A stretch of 64,000 nt of DNA from Selaginella moellendorffii (lineage: Eukaryota; Plantae; Lycopodiophyta): positions 1,478,454 through 1,542,453 of the forward strand of contig NW_003314290.1 of assembly GCF_000143415.4 (NCBI RefSeq), read 5' to 3'. The notes below the pieces were generated by a model that saw only the letters and a list, made by a program, of their open reading frames with translations, had not been told where the DNA came from and ran no database searches. The translations under genes were made by a program, and so were the position numbers. This document shows positions 47,259-60,578 of this stretch, piece by piece (position 1 is the first letter of the stretch; each line of letters opens with the position of its first letter).

Positions 47259-49810
47259 ATGGAGAGCGCGAGGCACGGTGGAACAAAAGCAGTGCTCAAG
47301 TTCTCTGCGATAGTCGTCCTGGTTTTGTGGACGTTCTTGTGGTTTATGAGACCATTGGACGCGTATCAGAAGTTTTGGACCCCCGCGCAGGCTCAAACAC
47401 GGACCAAAGCATACTACAATGGTAAGCAGCTTCTAAAGTTTCTATGGATACCATTAACGACCCTTGCAGGACCGCAGATCGTGGTATATTGCGCTCCGAT
47501 CATTTTCGCGGGGATCGCAACGGCTCTGGCTTATCACCACAAGAGAAAGCAGGCCTTCAAGATCAAGTGAGTTGTATCCGCGAGATATTCTCCCTCCAAA
47601 TTCTTAGGAACTTTTGCCTGTTCTGAGCAGGAACAGCAGCTTACGAGCCTTCAGGAGCAATCCAGAAACATACCCACTATTCATCAGGGGACCACTTTCG
47701 ATTGTTTCAGCGGCGGACTTCCTTTTCTTATGCGCTTTGGTGCTCTTTACCGTCTACACCTTCACGGCTTACTACATACGATCGGTGAACTCAATAAATC
47801 GAGCCAAGCTTCGTGAGCCCTTGTAAGTAACCATGAGCACGGTTCTTTGTTCTCCTCGCGAGCAATGTTTGCTTACCTCAGGTGGCACAAGAAGCTAGAG
47901 ATAGCAGCAGTGGAAGCGGGTCTAGCTGGTCTCTTTTGCATGGCAATCCTGTTCTTCCCAGTGACTAGAGGCTCTACACTTCTCCGACTTCTCAACATTC
48001 CTTTTGAGCACGCAGTCAAATACCACATTTGGATTGGAATCACCATGCTGGTGGCTTGGACTGTTCATGGGCTGTTGTACATAATCTACTGGATAATCGA
48101 GAAAAAGATCCACGAGGTATGTGTTCCGGAAAAAAGAGCTTTTTTTTTTAACTAGTGTTCTTCGCAGCTCTGGGCCTGGCACAGCGACGAGATAAGTGGC
48201 TTGTCTGGACTCATTGCGTTGATAATTGGACTAGTAATGTGGGCGACTTCTATCGGCTGGGTTCGCAAGGCAAACTTTGAGCTTTTCTATTACACCCATC
48301 ATCTATACATACTGTTCATCCTCTTTTTTGGCTTGCACCTTGGAGATCGATTCTACGCTATGGTTCTGGGTGGCGTCATGTTATTCGCCGTAAATCGACT
48401 CTTGAGATTTGTGCAATCTCGACAAAAGGTTGATGTCATGGGAGTAAGAGTGCTGAGCTCCGAGACCATTGAGCTCGTGTTTGCAAAGGAACCAGGTAAG
48501 TTCATAGTTTTAAACATTTCGTCATGTGAATTCCAACTAGAAATTCTTTCATGAATTTGAGCAGAGCTACATTACAGCGCAGCTAGCTTCGTTTTTCTCA
48601 ACTTGCCAGCCATCTCGAAACTGGACTGGCATCCTTTCACGGTTATTTCCAGCTCCAATGTCGAGACCGACCGTCTTACACTCCTGATAAAAAAGAATGG
48701 AGACTGGACCTCAAAGATCATTAGCATGATCCAAGATAATGGAGGATCGCTGCAGCTTGAGGCTGGAATAGAAGGTCCTTATGGCCACAACTTGGACTAC
48801 ATATCAAGGTAATGGTTCTCATGGTTTTAGTACTTTGACAAAAAAGCTGGCCTTGATCCTTCCAGATACCAGGTGCTAGTTTTCATTGCTGGAGGAAGTG
48901 GCATCTCTCCATTCTTGTCCATGCTCAAAGATATCCTCTACAGCATCCAAGCAAAGTCTCTCACGCCACCCAAAGATATCATCCTCGTCTACACAGTCAA
49001 GACGTCGGACGAGCTCCATATCCTCAACTCGATCACTCCAGCTCTGATCTGCCCAGAGTTTGCGCACGCTCTCAACATCAAAGTCCAAGCGTATGTCACC
49101 CGCGAGCAAGCAGCAGACTTGGAGCAAAACAACGCCGGCCCGAAAGAGATCCAGCTGCTCAAAGCTCCGAGCATAAGAAAAGGCGGCCCAGTGCTGATCC
49201 ACGCCGAGCCATCTCCAAAGTCCGTGACAAGGTATGCTGCTCAGCAGCTGCGAGCAATTTCTCCACCTTTGGCTGGGAGGGGCGTCGTCGAAGCGGCCGT
49301 CATCTTCGCGTCCTTCTTCGGGTTTATGTTCCTGGCCGGGATCATTGGCCGCTTCTGGATTTACAGGCACTATACTTCCAAGGACAAGGACTTTGATCGA
49401 TCTCTTGGAGCATTCCTGGCTTTTCTCGAGTCACTCTTTGGTGTTATAATTGCTGGAGCAGCCATTGCGTACGTTGCAAACTCCGTCAGGAGGAAGAAGC
49501 AATGGACGCCATCGCCCACAACAATGACCAATGTGGGATCTCCGGAAGAAAGCCTCAAGCCTGTCAGCGTTCACTATGGACATCGTCCAGATTTTGCGAG
49601 TAAGTTTTCGTCATGCTTTTATCTAATCTATTTTCTTTGTTACCAGGTGTATTTGCTGGTCTTGCCAAGAGCACCATTAACATGAATGTGGGAGTGTTTG
49701 CTTGCGGCCCCATGAGCATGCAGGAAGGCGTTGCAGCGTTATGCCAGGAGTATAGAAAAACTGCTGAGAACGCGACCTACAATTATCATTCGCTGAATTT
49801 CGACTTGTAG
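47259..49810 (+). CDS. FRO: Ferric-chelate reductase (FRO family), copy 2 (tandem paralogue)
   Basis: FFPVTRGS, FEHAVKYHIWIG, FELFYYTHHLY, DWHPFT, IEGPYG, FIAGGSGISPF, VFACGP, YHSLNFDL; same intron pattern as copy 1. Confidence 0.93.
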
Positions 49811-51302
49811 GCTTGAAAATGCGATAGGTCAACAGGAATCTCACCGGACTAGAAACCTCTCCATTCCAATAGCAAGAGATGCATTCAGAGAAAAGTTATG
49901 CCAGGATACAAAGTCAAACCATAACTACCAATGTAAATAAGAACTGAAAATAAGAAAGCATAGCACTTAATTCTGTAAGCTTCCTGTTTGTGGTAGTGGC
50001 AAGTAATAGCTCATGCAACTCTAGCAACTGCAGAGATTTTTAATGTGCATCTAGCACAAAAACATCCAGAAAAATCCTAGATTTTGGTATTTAAAGTTTG
50101 CTTCAGTGTGTGAACAAGCGTTTCCAAAGGAATCCTGCAACATATCCACTTTGCATCAACTACTTCAGAGTTTATTATTTTGATGGCATTGCTTAAACAC
50201 AGTGAAAAAAGTTTACAGAGCTAATCTTTATGTAAGTATAACAAAATCCTAAGACCCTTGATTGAATTCAATCATATTTCCCATGTCACACAGGAAGATG
50301 AAGATAGCAGGACTGCCGGGACAAGCGGGACTGTTTTGCACGGTGATTCTATTCTTCCCAATAACTAGAGGATCTCCACTGCTCAAAATCCTCGAGTTCG
50401 TGCTTCCATGATGCTAGATGGAGTGATGTACGCAGATTACTGGTAAGAAAACATAAACTCGCTCTCATGGCACAATCTGATTGATTAGATAAATGCGTTT
50501 AGCTGCGTTGACCATCCAAACCAGTAGAAAGTTGGCAAAGGTCGCCTTGGTTGAATATACACCCTGAGTCTCTAAATAAATTCATTCATTTATATATTAT
50601 TTACATGGTCTAAGAAGCATGAGAATGGTGGATTCAAATACAAGAAATACAGGGAACTAGGAAGATTGAAGTGGAAACAAGCAGATAGAGAGAAGTAAAG
50701 TAAAATAAAATTGTATGCTCCCCAGCTGGATACAAGTGGAATGTTATTCAGAGAATTTATGTACCATCAGATTCCATTCCAACTATCTATTGTATTACAT
50801 CTTTTTGCTTCTAGTTGAGTAACCTAAAATAATTTGGCATGTAGCAACACTTAGTTTGCTTGATAGTCAAATGTCATATTTATTTAGTATTTTTGAAATA
50901 AACATATTTGTAATTTATAAATCAAGATTAACTTCCCATGAATAAACTGGGAAGTGTTTAGGAAAGTTTTTAAATTATAAACATGTTTATAAATTATAAA
51001 TACATGATTAATATAAATGAATAAGAACCATTAATGGTAAAATATTCTAGAATATTTAAGCATATTTTAAGTATATTTAGTCTCTTGATTTTGCTTAAGC
51101 AAACCAAAAAATATAGAATATAAAGTTTCAACACTTGGGATTATAAAGTAGAGAACTGTTGACCAGGCATTGCAAGACAACGTGAATACTACTTTTTGAA
51201 TGGGCATGCTAACACCCATTAATGCATGGGCATGACGCCCTCGATCAATAAACTTGCGGTCTTCTAGTTCACAGCACACACACAGAAGGATAGAGGGATT
51301 AG

Positions 51303-53153
51303 ATGGACGCCAAGGGCGGCGAGGATCGTCAAGCGCAGCAAAAGGAGAACACCTTGAATCGAGTGCGAAGCGAGGTGGCCAAGCAGGCATGGATAATCTT
51401 CCCCCTGGCGGGATTCAACGTCGTGCTCATCGCCGTCCAGCTCGTCTCCATCATGTTCGTCGGTCACCTCGGAACTCTGGAGCTCTCCAGCGCCGCCATC
51501 GCCACTTCTCTCTGCAACGTCTCGGGTTTCAGCCTCGTGGTAAGCTCAGATCTGAAAAAAGAAAAGGAAAAAAAAAAAGACAGAAAACTTACACATGTTC
51601 GTTGACAAAATTCTCTCCCTGATGTGAAAAGATCGGCCTCGCCTTTGCTCTCGACACTCTGTGCGGCCAAGCCCATGGAGCCAAGCAGTATCACAAGGTC
51701 GGCGTCTTCATCCAGCAAGCGGTGCTCGTTCTCGCTCTCATCTGTATCCCAGTGTCGCTGCTCTGGATCAACTTGGAGCCTTTGCTTCTCTGGTGCCGCC
51801 AGGATCCGGAGATTTCCGCCGGAGCTCAGAGGTATGCCAGACGTCTTGTTCCAGGCCTGTTTGCCTACACCGTCTTTGAGCCCATGGTGAAGTTCTTCCA
51901 GACGCAGAGCAGGGTTCTTCCTCTCTTTTGGTCGTCCATCTTGGCGCTACTCTGTCATATCCTCCTGTGTTGGATCTTCACATATAAACTCGGCATGGGA
52001 AACGCCGGGGCCGCGGTGTCTCTCAGTATCACGTACTGGCTGCTTGTCTTCTTTCTTGTCACTGCCGCTGCGGCTTCTCCAACGTTTGCCAATTACTGGC
52101 ATGGTTTCACCACGGAGGCCTTCCATGGCATCTCCCAGTTCTTGAAGCTCGCAATTCCATCGGCTCTCATGGTCTGGTGAGTGTCTCGCTCTTTTGATAA
52201 CTCCATTCTTTCTTGGCCTCAATGTGGAATGTTGGCCGCAGCTTGGAGTGGTGGGCTTTCGAAGTTCTCATTCTATTCTCCGGCGTTCTTCCGAATCCGG
52301 CGCTCCAGACGTCAGTGCTCTCTATTGTGTAAGTGTCTCCGCAGATGTTTTGCTCTCGCTTCACGAGTTTCACGTCACAGGATGGGAATTATCAACCTCT
52401 GGATGATCCCCTCGTATGGGATAAGCGCTGCTACGAGGCAAGTTTAAGTCTGAGTGTTTTACGTCTTTTCCTCTAAACTTTTGTTGGCATGTAGCGTGAG
52501 AACTTCCAACGAGCTCGGAGCTGGGAACCCACTCGTAGCACGTTTTGCTTTCAGAGTAGCAGTGCTCATTTGTTTAGTCTACGCAACCTTGGCAATGCTG
52601 GTTTTGCTGCTCTCCAGGAACGTCGTGGGACACGCCTTTAGCAGCGACAGCCAAGTTGTGTCCTACGTTGGAAGGATGATACCGTTTGCGAGCGGTTTCG
52701 TCATCCTTTCAGCCCTCCACAGCGTTGGTTATGGTTCGTATCATATGTCCAGTGGGATAACGGCGAAACTCAGTTCCTTTCCTGTTGTTGCAGGAGTCGC
52801 TTCCGGATGTGGATGGCAATCCATAGCAGCACTTGGAAACATTGGAGCGTATTACGTTGTCGGGTTGCCTTTATCATATGTGCTGGGATTTGTCTTTCAT
52901 CTTCGAGTAGAGGTTCGATGAGTTGTTCACGCTTGGAGCTTTTTCATCTTGTGTGCACAGGGACTGCTCTCCGGATCGTTGCTTGGATTTCTCGTACAAG
53001 CTCTCGTGTTTTTCGTCGCTGCCTTCAGCACAAACTGGGAAAAAAGAGTGAGTCAAGAAAAAGTTGTCCTAAACTGATTACCTGCTGTTGCAGGCGCTCC
53101 AAGCAAGAGATCGACTGGGTTTATCGGCACCACTCCTGGAAGATCAAATATAG
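51303..53153 (+). CDS. MATE / DETOXIFICATION-type efflux transporter
   Basis: [81 protein letters not shown]. Confidence 0.93.
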
Positions 53154-53525
53154 AAATATACACAAGTTTTATCAATTTAAAATGATTTTTCAAGGACTTC
53201 GTCGTGCCGCGAGCAAAACGGGAGCGACTTTATAGTCCATACCACGAGAAGCACGTTGGCGAAGCTTTAATGCATCACATCGATGGGCATGTATGCACTC
53301 ACATCCCATAGACGCAATGCATACATACATCCAATAAGCCGTTTCAGCTCTGGAGTTGAGACCACGAAAAGTTAGTATGCTTACCGCAACATGAGCTAAA
53401 GTTCCCCGTTCAATGCTTTTAAAACCTGAAAAGATTTGTACGGGTACTATAGTGCATTAAGACGTAACAACACGCTACCTGGTTTTGGGAAGCACAAAGC
53501 TTCTGCTTGTGCTGCGTGCCGTTTC

Positions 53526-54958
53526 TCAATCAAACGTATAGACAGGTTTTTGCCACCTGAGGACTTTCTTCTCGTCGTCTGTCAGGCTAAGGTCCCCGGG
53601 GTTCTCTTTAAATGTCTGTATGACCGTTTTTGCGCCGGAGAGAACCAGCCGATCCACAATAAAAAGCTGGTAATTGTTATGAATAACAGGGCCCAGGATG
53701 TCACTGAAATTAGATGAAGATGCAATCTTATATCTGAAAAAGAAAAGAGGGGGCAATGAAATAAAAGATCACGACCACAGTTCAGCAAAAATCCAATCGA
53801 AGTACCTGGATCCCAATGGATCAAAGAAGCCCGGTTTTCTCTCGTTGGACGCAACGTAGAGTGTCCGTCCCCGTGGTACCCAGGCGGATATCCGCCGGAG
53901 AATTGCTTCTGGCTGTGTATCTCTGTCCAGGTGTGGGAATTTGGTCTTTTTCTCCCCCTGCCCGTCTTTTCTAACCTTCAGCACGTCTCCTCTCCGGACA
54001 TGCATCGCATCATAGTCCCCAAGACGTTGCTGTATCTGGATGCGCCACAACCAAGCAAACTTAGTCCATCTATCTACAGTTTTCCGAGAGAGAAATATAA
54101 AACAAAACGTAAAGACCTTTTCGGCAGCCTCACGAAGTTGCTTTGCGGCCATTGTTGGAAGATATGCGTATGGGAGCATCACGGCGGAGCGGTTTTTCCT
54201 ATCCTTGCATTCCACAAACCTGGAAAACCAAACTTGTAAGAAGAGTTAAGAACAGGAGAAAGCTTACCATGCAAGCGAGTTGGCTGTCCGATTAATGATC
54301 AATGCATGCGAGTGTAGTGGACTTTGAGAGATCTCTTGACGAGTTAATCCATGAACGTTCACCAGAGCATGCTCGACGCTACGCGCTGCTCGTAGTGAAG
54401 AGATCCATTCTCTGGAGCTGTCCGTGATGACACGAATTCCAGTAGAGGACATGAGATCCAAATCGTACAAAGCCTCCACAGCACACTCTCTCGAGTCCCA
54501 ACTGGATCAAGCAGACGTCCAGCTTATAGAAATTCCAAGAAACTGAAAACGTAGCCTCACCTGGAGGACGTCCCAGGAAGCATTCGATCGTTGTGCTTTC
54601 CAACAATGCAGATCGTCGAAGGAAGCACAAATGTCCTGGCGAGATAATCCACACAAAGGACTAAGAAATCTAGAAAATCTAGAAGGGGAGAGGATTCTTA
54701 CCTGTTTAGATGAATCGCCTCCTCCAGAGCGCAGCGTAGGCTGGATTCTTGGTGTCCCAGACCTCCACAGGCCTCACACATCTTGCCAGGGCAATCAATT
54801 CTGGATCCCCAGTACAGATACCTCGTGTGGCCGCTCCCGGCCTCCTCATTTTCCTTGCTCATCCACATTGCCCACACGACGAGAAGCGCCATCGCCGCAG
54901 CTGCGCACAGCAAATGCCTGCGCAGGACAAATGCCCTGGGCGCCTTCGAGCGCGCCAT
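53526..54958 (-). CDS. Type II membrane O-fucosyltransferase-like protein (SUB1-related plant family)
   Basis: N-terminal TM anchor, RYLYWGSRIDCPGK..C.GLGHQESSLRCALEEA..LNRTFV, DYDAMHVRRGD, FPHLDRDTQPE, TLYVASNERKPGFF, NNYQLFIVDR. Confidence 0.85.
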
Positions 54959-57900
54959 ACCTCCCAGCTCGGAGGGTTAGGGCTCTGTAGCACAATTAGT
55001 TAATTTTAATGATTATCTCATAAATATGTTTCAACATTGGACATATAGCAGCTCCACACAACTCTTGCCCTCTCCACTCCATCGAAATTGTTCTGATGAA
55101 ATTCAAGAGTCTCCAACTTTCAAAGTAGCTGGAGCAGTTCCTCACAAGGCATTCTCTCTCTGTGAAGAAACAAACCAGAGCTTGTGATGCTGCCATCTCC
55201 ACAAGTTTGAGGACACCGGCTTGAAAGTTGAAGTGAACACTGGCACAAAAGCCATCTCTTCCCAGGATGTTGGGCTTGACCCCGAGCGACAAGATTGTCA
55301 TGCTAAGCAGCTTCTGCAATGGTGAGTGCCGTGATGAGATAGTGGTTCCTAGGCCAGAGAATGGATTTGTAGTGCCAAAGGAGGAAAGTTGCGTGACATT
55401 TACAAGTGAAATTAGCCATCAACACTCCTAGAGGGAGTTGGAACTCATTGCCTCCCTGTGGAGGACGGCTTGAACTTTAAAGTCCCACCATAAAATTCAA
55501 TGTGGGAATAAGAGACACAAAAAAAGCGCAAAGAACCAAACATACTATAGAAAAGCAATGGTTGTGGGCCTATTTTCTTGGTTTGAGCCAGACCAGATCA
55601 TCCAGTCATGGAAACAAGTTAAAGAGAAGAAAGACCATGCCTGATCTTATAGCTATATTAATATTTTTTATGTGCTGAGATTATGAAGGTAGCAAATGCG
55701 GCTTGAAGCAATGGCTATTCCATATACATACCAAATAGGAATATATTGATGTTATTTATCCCATTAACTAACAGTAATAAATAGCCATTAATGGACCAAT
55801 TAACCATCATGGATCAGGGATCAGTTAATGCAATTAAATTAAAACTCGATCTCATTTTTCTAAATTTATTTTATAATTTTTTTATCCACATACTATCACT
55901 CGCACCCGGGAAGCGTCCGATCGATGCAGCTGTTGAACGATTCCACTGCCATCTCTTCACATCCAGCTGCGATCCCTTACACAGCACCAAGCATCGATCG
56001 TGGCATGGTACCTCTAGGAAATATAGGATTCCAGATCGATACGGAGCATGAGTCAAACAACCTTGAAGAATCCCTGGAAACTCGGGTGCCAGGGGCTTTT
56101 GCATAATCCAGTCACCCCCTTGTTTTCCCAATTGTATGATCGCCGTGGAATGCCATAGAATCCAGGAGTGACCGCGGACTGGATTCTTGCAGATGAGCGA
56201 GGTGGCAGATGATGCTCGACCTGGCCGTGCAGCAAACATCAAGAAATAGCCACCAACTCATGTTTTAAAGGTTTAGTATAAAAAGATGTCAAACTTTGGC
56301 CCACAACGCCTTTAGAATGTGATGTTCAAGTTTGCCAGATCCCATAGTTGAGATGCCTGAACAAGTTAGCAGCCGTAAGTACTGTACACCTCATTTGTGA
56401 AGGCTATAGTTACAAATCTTTTTTCTTGTTATTGCTAACAATGAAGTGCCTTGATGAAGTCTCAAACTCCACGGATTTGAAAGAATAAAAATGTATGGTA
56501 GAAGCCAAGGTGGTCTAGGTACTAATCAAGAAGGTGCTTAGATCAAATAAGCTTACTGTAAAAATCGCGAGAGCACCTCCAGCCACAAAGCCAAGATAAG
56601 TTCTAGAACAATAACTTAAACGAATGGTCTTGGATATTGTCATATTGATTGGAAGAAGAAAAAATAGCTTTCTGCAGAGTTTTAAGTAATTTGAATTTGA
56701 GTGGACACCAACACCTTAGTTTGGCAAAACAACAATCATGAATGGTAGCGATTCCGTGCTGCCGCCAAGAAAGTGGGAAACCCTGCTGTGTTGTATGGGG
56801 GGTGCTCCAGCAGCAGCACCATCCTATCAATATTTCGACAGAAATCTTGCGATTTTGTTAGATAGTACAGAGATGATATAGTAGTGGTTATGCCCACATG
56901 GCAGTAGTTCCATCCTCGTTTGTGTGCACGTCTCTCCACTTTCATGGTATCAAAGCCCTCTTGATCCTGCACATGGCATTTACTAGCTAGGAGGCCAGTG
57001 CTGAGAAGGAGGATGAACCTCCTGATTGCAATCTCTCTTGCAATGCTTGGGATAGTTGAGGTGTTGAATGTGTTGGGTGCTTGAGGCGTTAGATCAAGGT
57101 AGCAAACTGTGCAAAAGCACTGAGTAACAAGCAACAAGAAGCAAAAATTAAAGATTGAGAGATTTCAACAGCCTAGATTTAGAATTATGTCAAAACTCTA
57201 AACATTGTATAACAACTCTTTGGTGGACTTTTCAGTTAGGAAGAGAGATTAGGTGCCAGTTAGTAGAGGATGTGGAAGTGTAGCAGTTTAAGGCCAAGAC
57301 CACATTAAGCAAGAGTGTGTGCAAGCAAGGCTGAGACCAAGAATAGAATAGGTTATGTGGGGCATTAGATATATCCACCTTCAAAGTCATCAACTTCTTC
57401 ACCCGTTTCTTTTTACCGTATTTGAACAGCAGCAACTATGTCTTGTGGTGTCCATTGCAACACTTTATCACCAATTAATATATGAATCAACAACTGATAA
57501 AATAATTGCATGCTAGAGGAAAGTTAAGTCTCTAAAAAATCAAAGGATATAAGTAACACTCAATAAAACCAAATAACATACCTCTTATACGCACTTTAAA
57601 TATGCCTGTACCAGCCATCCGGAAAATTCCTCACTGAATTAAGAGATTGATACATTGCTTGAAGAGCCATATACCTCCCTTGAAGTATAGCATCAAGTTC
57701 TGCAATGCTAGATCAAAGCAACATTACTAATGTGAGATGTACTTATGAACAGCCACCACTAGCTCCAACTACACAGCCATCCTTCATGGCAACAGTTCAA
57801 CATGTATTTGGGGGGTATAATAATACATCTGGAAGCATAAGACCATTTGGGAAATAGAGGATGCATTTCTTATCTACTTTCTCCTCACTCTCCTTGAACT

Positions 57901-60551
57901 TGAAACTCCCTTATCTTCATTATACATGGGTAAGTGCCTAAGAATTTCCATGTATCTACGACTTTGCTTCCTATGCAATGCTGGCTTGGCTTTCCACATG
58001 CTATGTCTGCAATTCGATCTCATTGGCCTCTTGGAGAACCAGGTAGTTTTCTTTCCCTAAGGAAAGAAAACAGAATGCGTCCATGCTTCTAATCCTATTG
58101 TCGAAGACCATCCCCACAAAGTCATACCCCGGAACAGATCATCCATATCATGCCTGTTATCATGAAAGCACACTAGCCGTGTGTTGAGCTCATACCACTA
58201 TATATTTGAGCTTATAATTTCTAGCCTATCTGATGGTAATATGAATTTAAACTTAAAATATTTTAAATTCATTAGAGGTGTTTAATAAAATTTTAACTGA
58301 AATTTAACGATGAATAGTATTCTTACTACTATAAATCTAGAAAATTCCTAGAATAAAAATCTTCACTTTGTAATGGCAAAGTCTAGTTACATGACTTCAA
58401 TTTTAAGGAAATCAATGAAAATGAAAATATTTCTTAGAACTCATCTACGTTTTCAGACGATTCCCCTTGGCATTCTCCTTTCACTGATTGCCATCACTCT
58501 AGAGCAAGATTAGAGAGCTCAAGATTGAAAAAGCCTGGAGCAAAGCTAAGTTGGCCTCCAAATTGCTCTTGGGAAAATGGAATGCGTTGGAGGTTTGGAT
58601 GGTTTTCAACGTAGTCTAGGAATGTTGCTAACATCTGGTTTGCAAAAAATAGGCAAAATCATGTGAAAGATATAGAGTTCACTGTTTTGGAAGTAATCAA
58701 ACTAGCCGGGAGCCATGCAGGCCACAAACTAGGGGACTAGATCCCTTCCCCTCGAGCTTTTGATTCAATCCAAATTTGTTAAGACACGTAAGAACCATCC
58801 AAAATTGGAATCTAAACCGTTAAAAAAGCATAAAAACCAGAGCCCTAACAGCCAACCTATTTTGTACAGGTTTTTAATTTCTAGATTTAATTTTTGAGGG
58901 AAAGGAAGTTGATCAAGGACGTATAGCAATGCTAGAAAGGTTCAGATTTCAATTATAGGCTTTTATCCACGGAAATGGATCTCCTCCATTGTGCCCAACT
59001 AAAAAGCATGACACTCTAATCTACCTTTCTCTCTCATCTCGTATTCATTCTCTCTTTTGCTGCTGGATCCTCTTTATTGACGTGAGTATTCCTCTTGCTG
59101 CTAGATCCTCTCTATTTTCCAAAAGTTTTTCAGGCATGCATGCCTGAAAATATGGAATGTGGTGGAGACTTTATTATTTCTCTTTAGAAAATGCTATATT
59201 ACAAATTCTAGCTGAAAGAAGGCTCTTTCCTCGTGCTGCATTTGATAAGAGCTTGTGATATGCTCTCTAATCAGCAGCCATCCAGCTTGAACAAAGCTTG
59301 CGTGGACAATCTCATCCAGCTGGAAATCTCTCGTCTTTTCTTTCGTGCGGCTACGTGTCTCAAAACAAGATAGAAAGGCAAGCTGCTAATTTTATGTCCC
59401 ATAGAATTCATTGCTGGAAGATATATAAAGAGTTTCGCTTGAAAGCAGAACTAGGATATATATTTGGGCCCATGAGGAACTATGTAGGCGATTTCCCAAA
59501 GATTTTCTTCTCGACCAGCAGTGACGATGATACTTTCGTCTTAGCTAGCAGCCAACTAGAGTCAGGGTCCACTTCGCATGAACAAACAATTCAATGGAAA
59601 AAAAAATCATTTCTAGCCAACAAAGTGTTGTGAAGTGTCATTAATATATGACAACCGGGAAGACATGAAACTTTCCAAAAAGTCGGGCAACTCTTCTTTC
59701 CCTTCTTCTGTGCTACTTGTTTAAGATCTATCTCCTCAAGCTTGGAAGGTACAGACTCCTCAGTTTTCCTCTCTTTTTTAGCTTTGTTTTGTTGTTGGTT
59801 GGGGAGATCGAATGGGTCATTGATCTGCTAGCAAGAAATTTCTCGATAGAAACACCTATATATAAAATGTGAGAAAGTAGCAGTGAATTTACAAGAAGCT
59901 ACCAAGAACAGAATATATGTCTATATATGTACTAGAATAAGTAACGTCATGAAGTTTCAAGGGATTGGATGGAAACGAGCTGAGGTTTCATGGAGGTGTC
60001 AAATTGCAAGTTGCTGCAACACACCTTTCTATCCAGCATGTATAGCTTCACAACGATCTGGCAGGCTTTGAATGGATTCTAAAATACTACCAAGATATCA
60101 AACCGCAACAGCTGTGAAGCTTTGGTTGAAATGTCCAACCCAAAGCTGTGTGCACTACTTCTAAAGACACAAGCATTGTCTATATACTTATAAAAGGCTG
60201 TCCTTTTCTTTTCCGATAAAGTTCCTCGCAGCTCCAGCCTCCAGGAGACAAGACAAGAAAGACGGATCTTTGATGTTCGCCCGCTCGCAGCGATAAAAAA
60301 ATAGAAGGGAAAAAAAGTGTTGGACACTAGGAATCGCCAGTAGTAAAGAATCGAGCTACACTATTGGATTGGACAAATCGTGGATTCCAACAAGTAGAAC
60401 TTGTTCTAGATAACTTCTTCCCACAAACAAATGAATGACTGGATGGTTACAAAACTTAATAATAAATTCATTTATTTCTTTTTCCTTTTTCCTATCAGAG
60501 AGAGTACCATTATACGACTCATAAGATGTCCTGTAGCCGGGCCTTCTTCTG

Positions 60552-60578
60552 CTTCTGCTGCTGCTGCTGCTGCTGCTG
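60552..60578. repeat. (CTG)n microsatellite
   Basis: Visible CTG run. Confidence 0.85.

Noticed and set aside
55880-56240. PPR pseudogene fragment (SRLFDSCSVSIWN)
   Set aside because: A single weak motif is not enough support.
60138-60158. Partial similarity to miR536 (AAGCTGTGTGCA)
   Set aside because: The 5' part of the miRNA does not match and I see no complementary arm.
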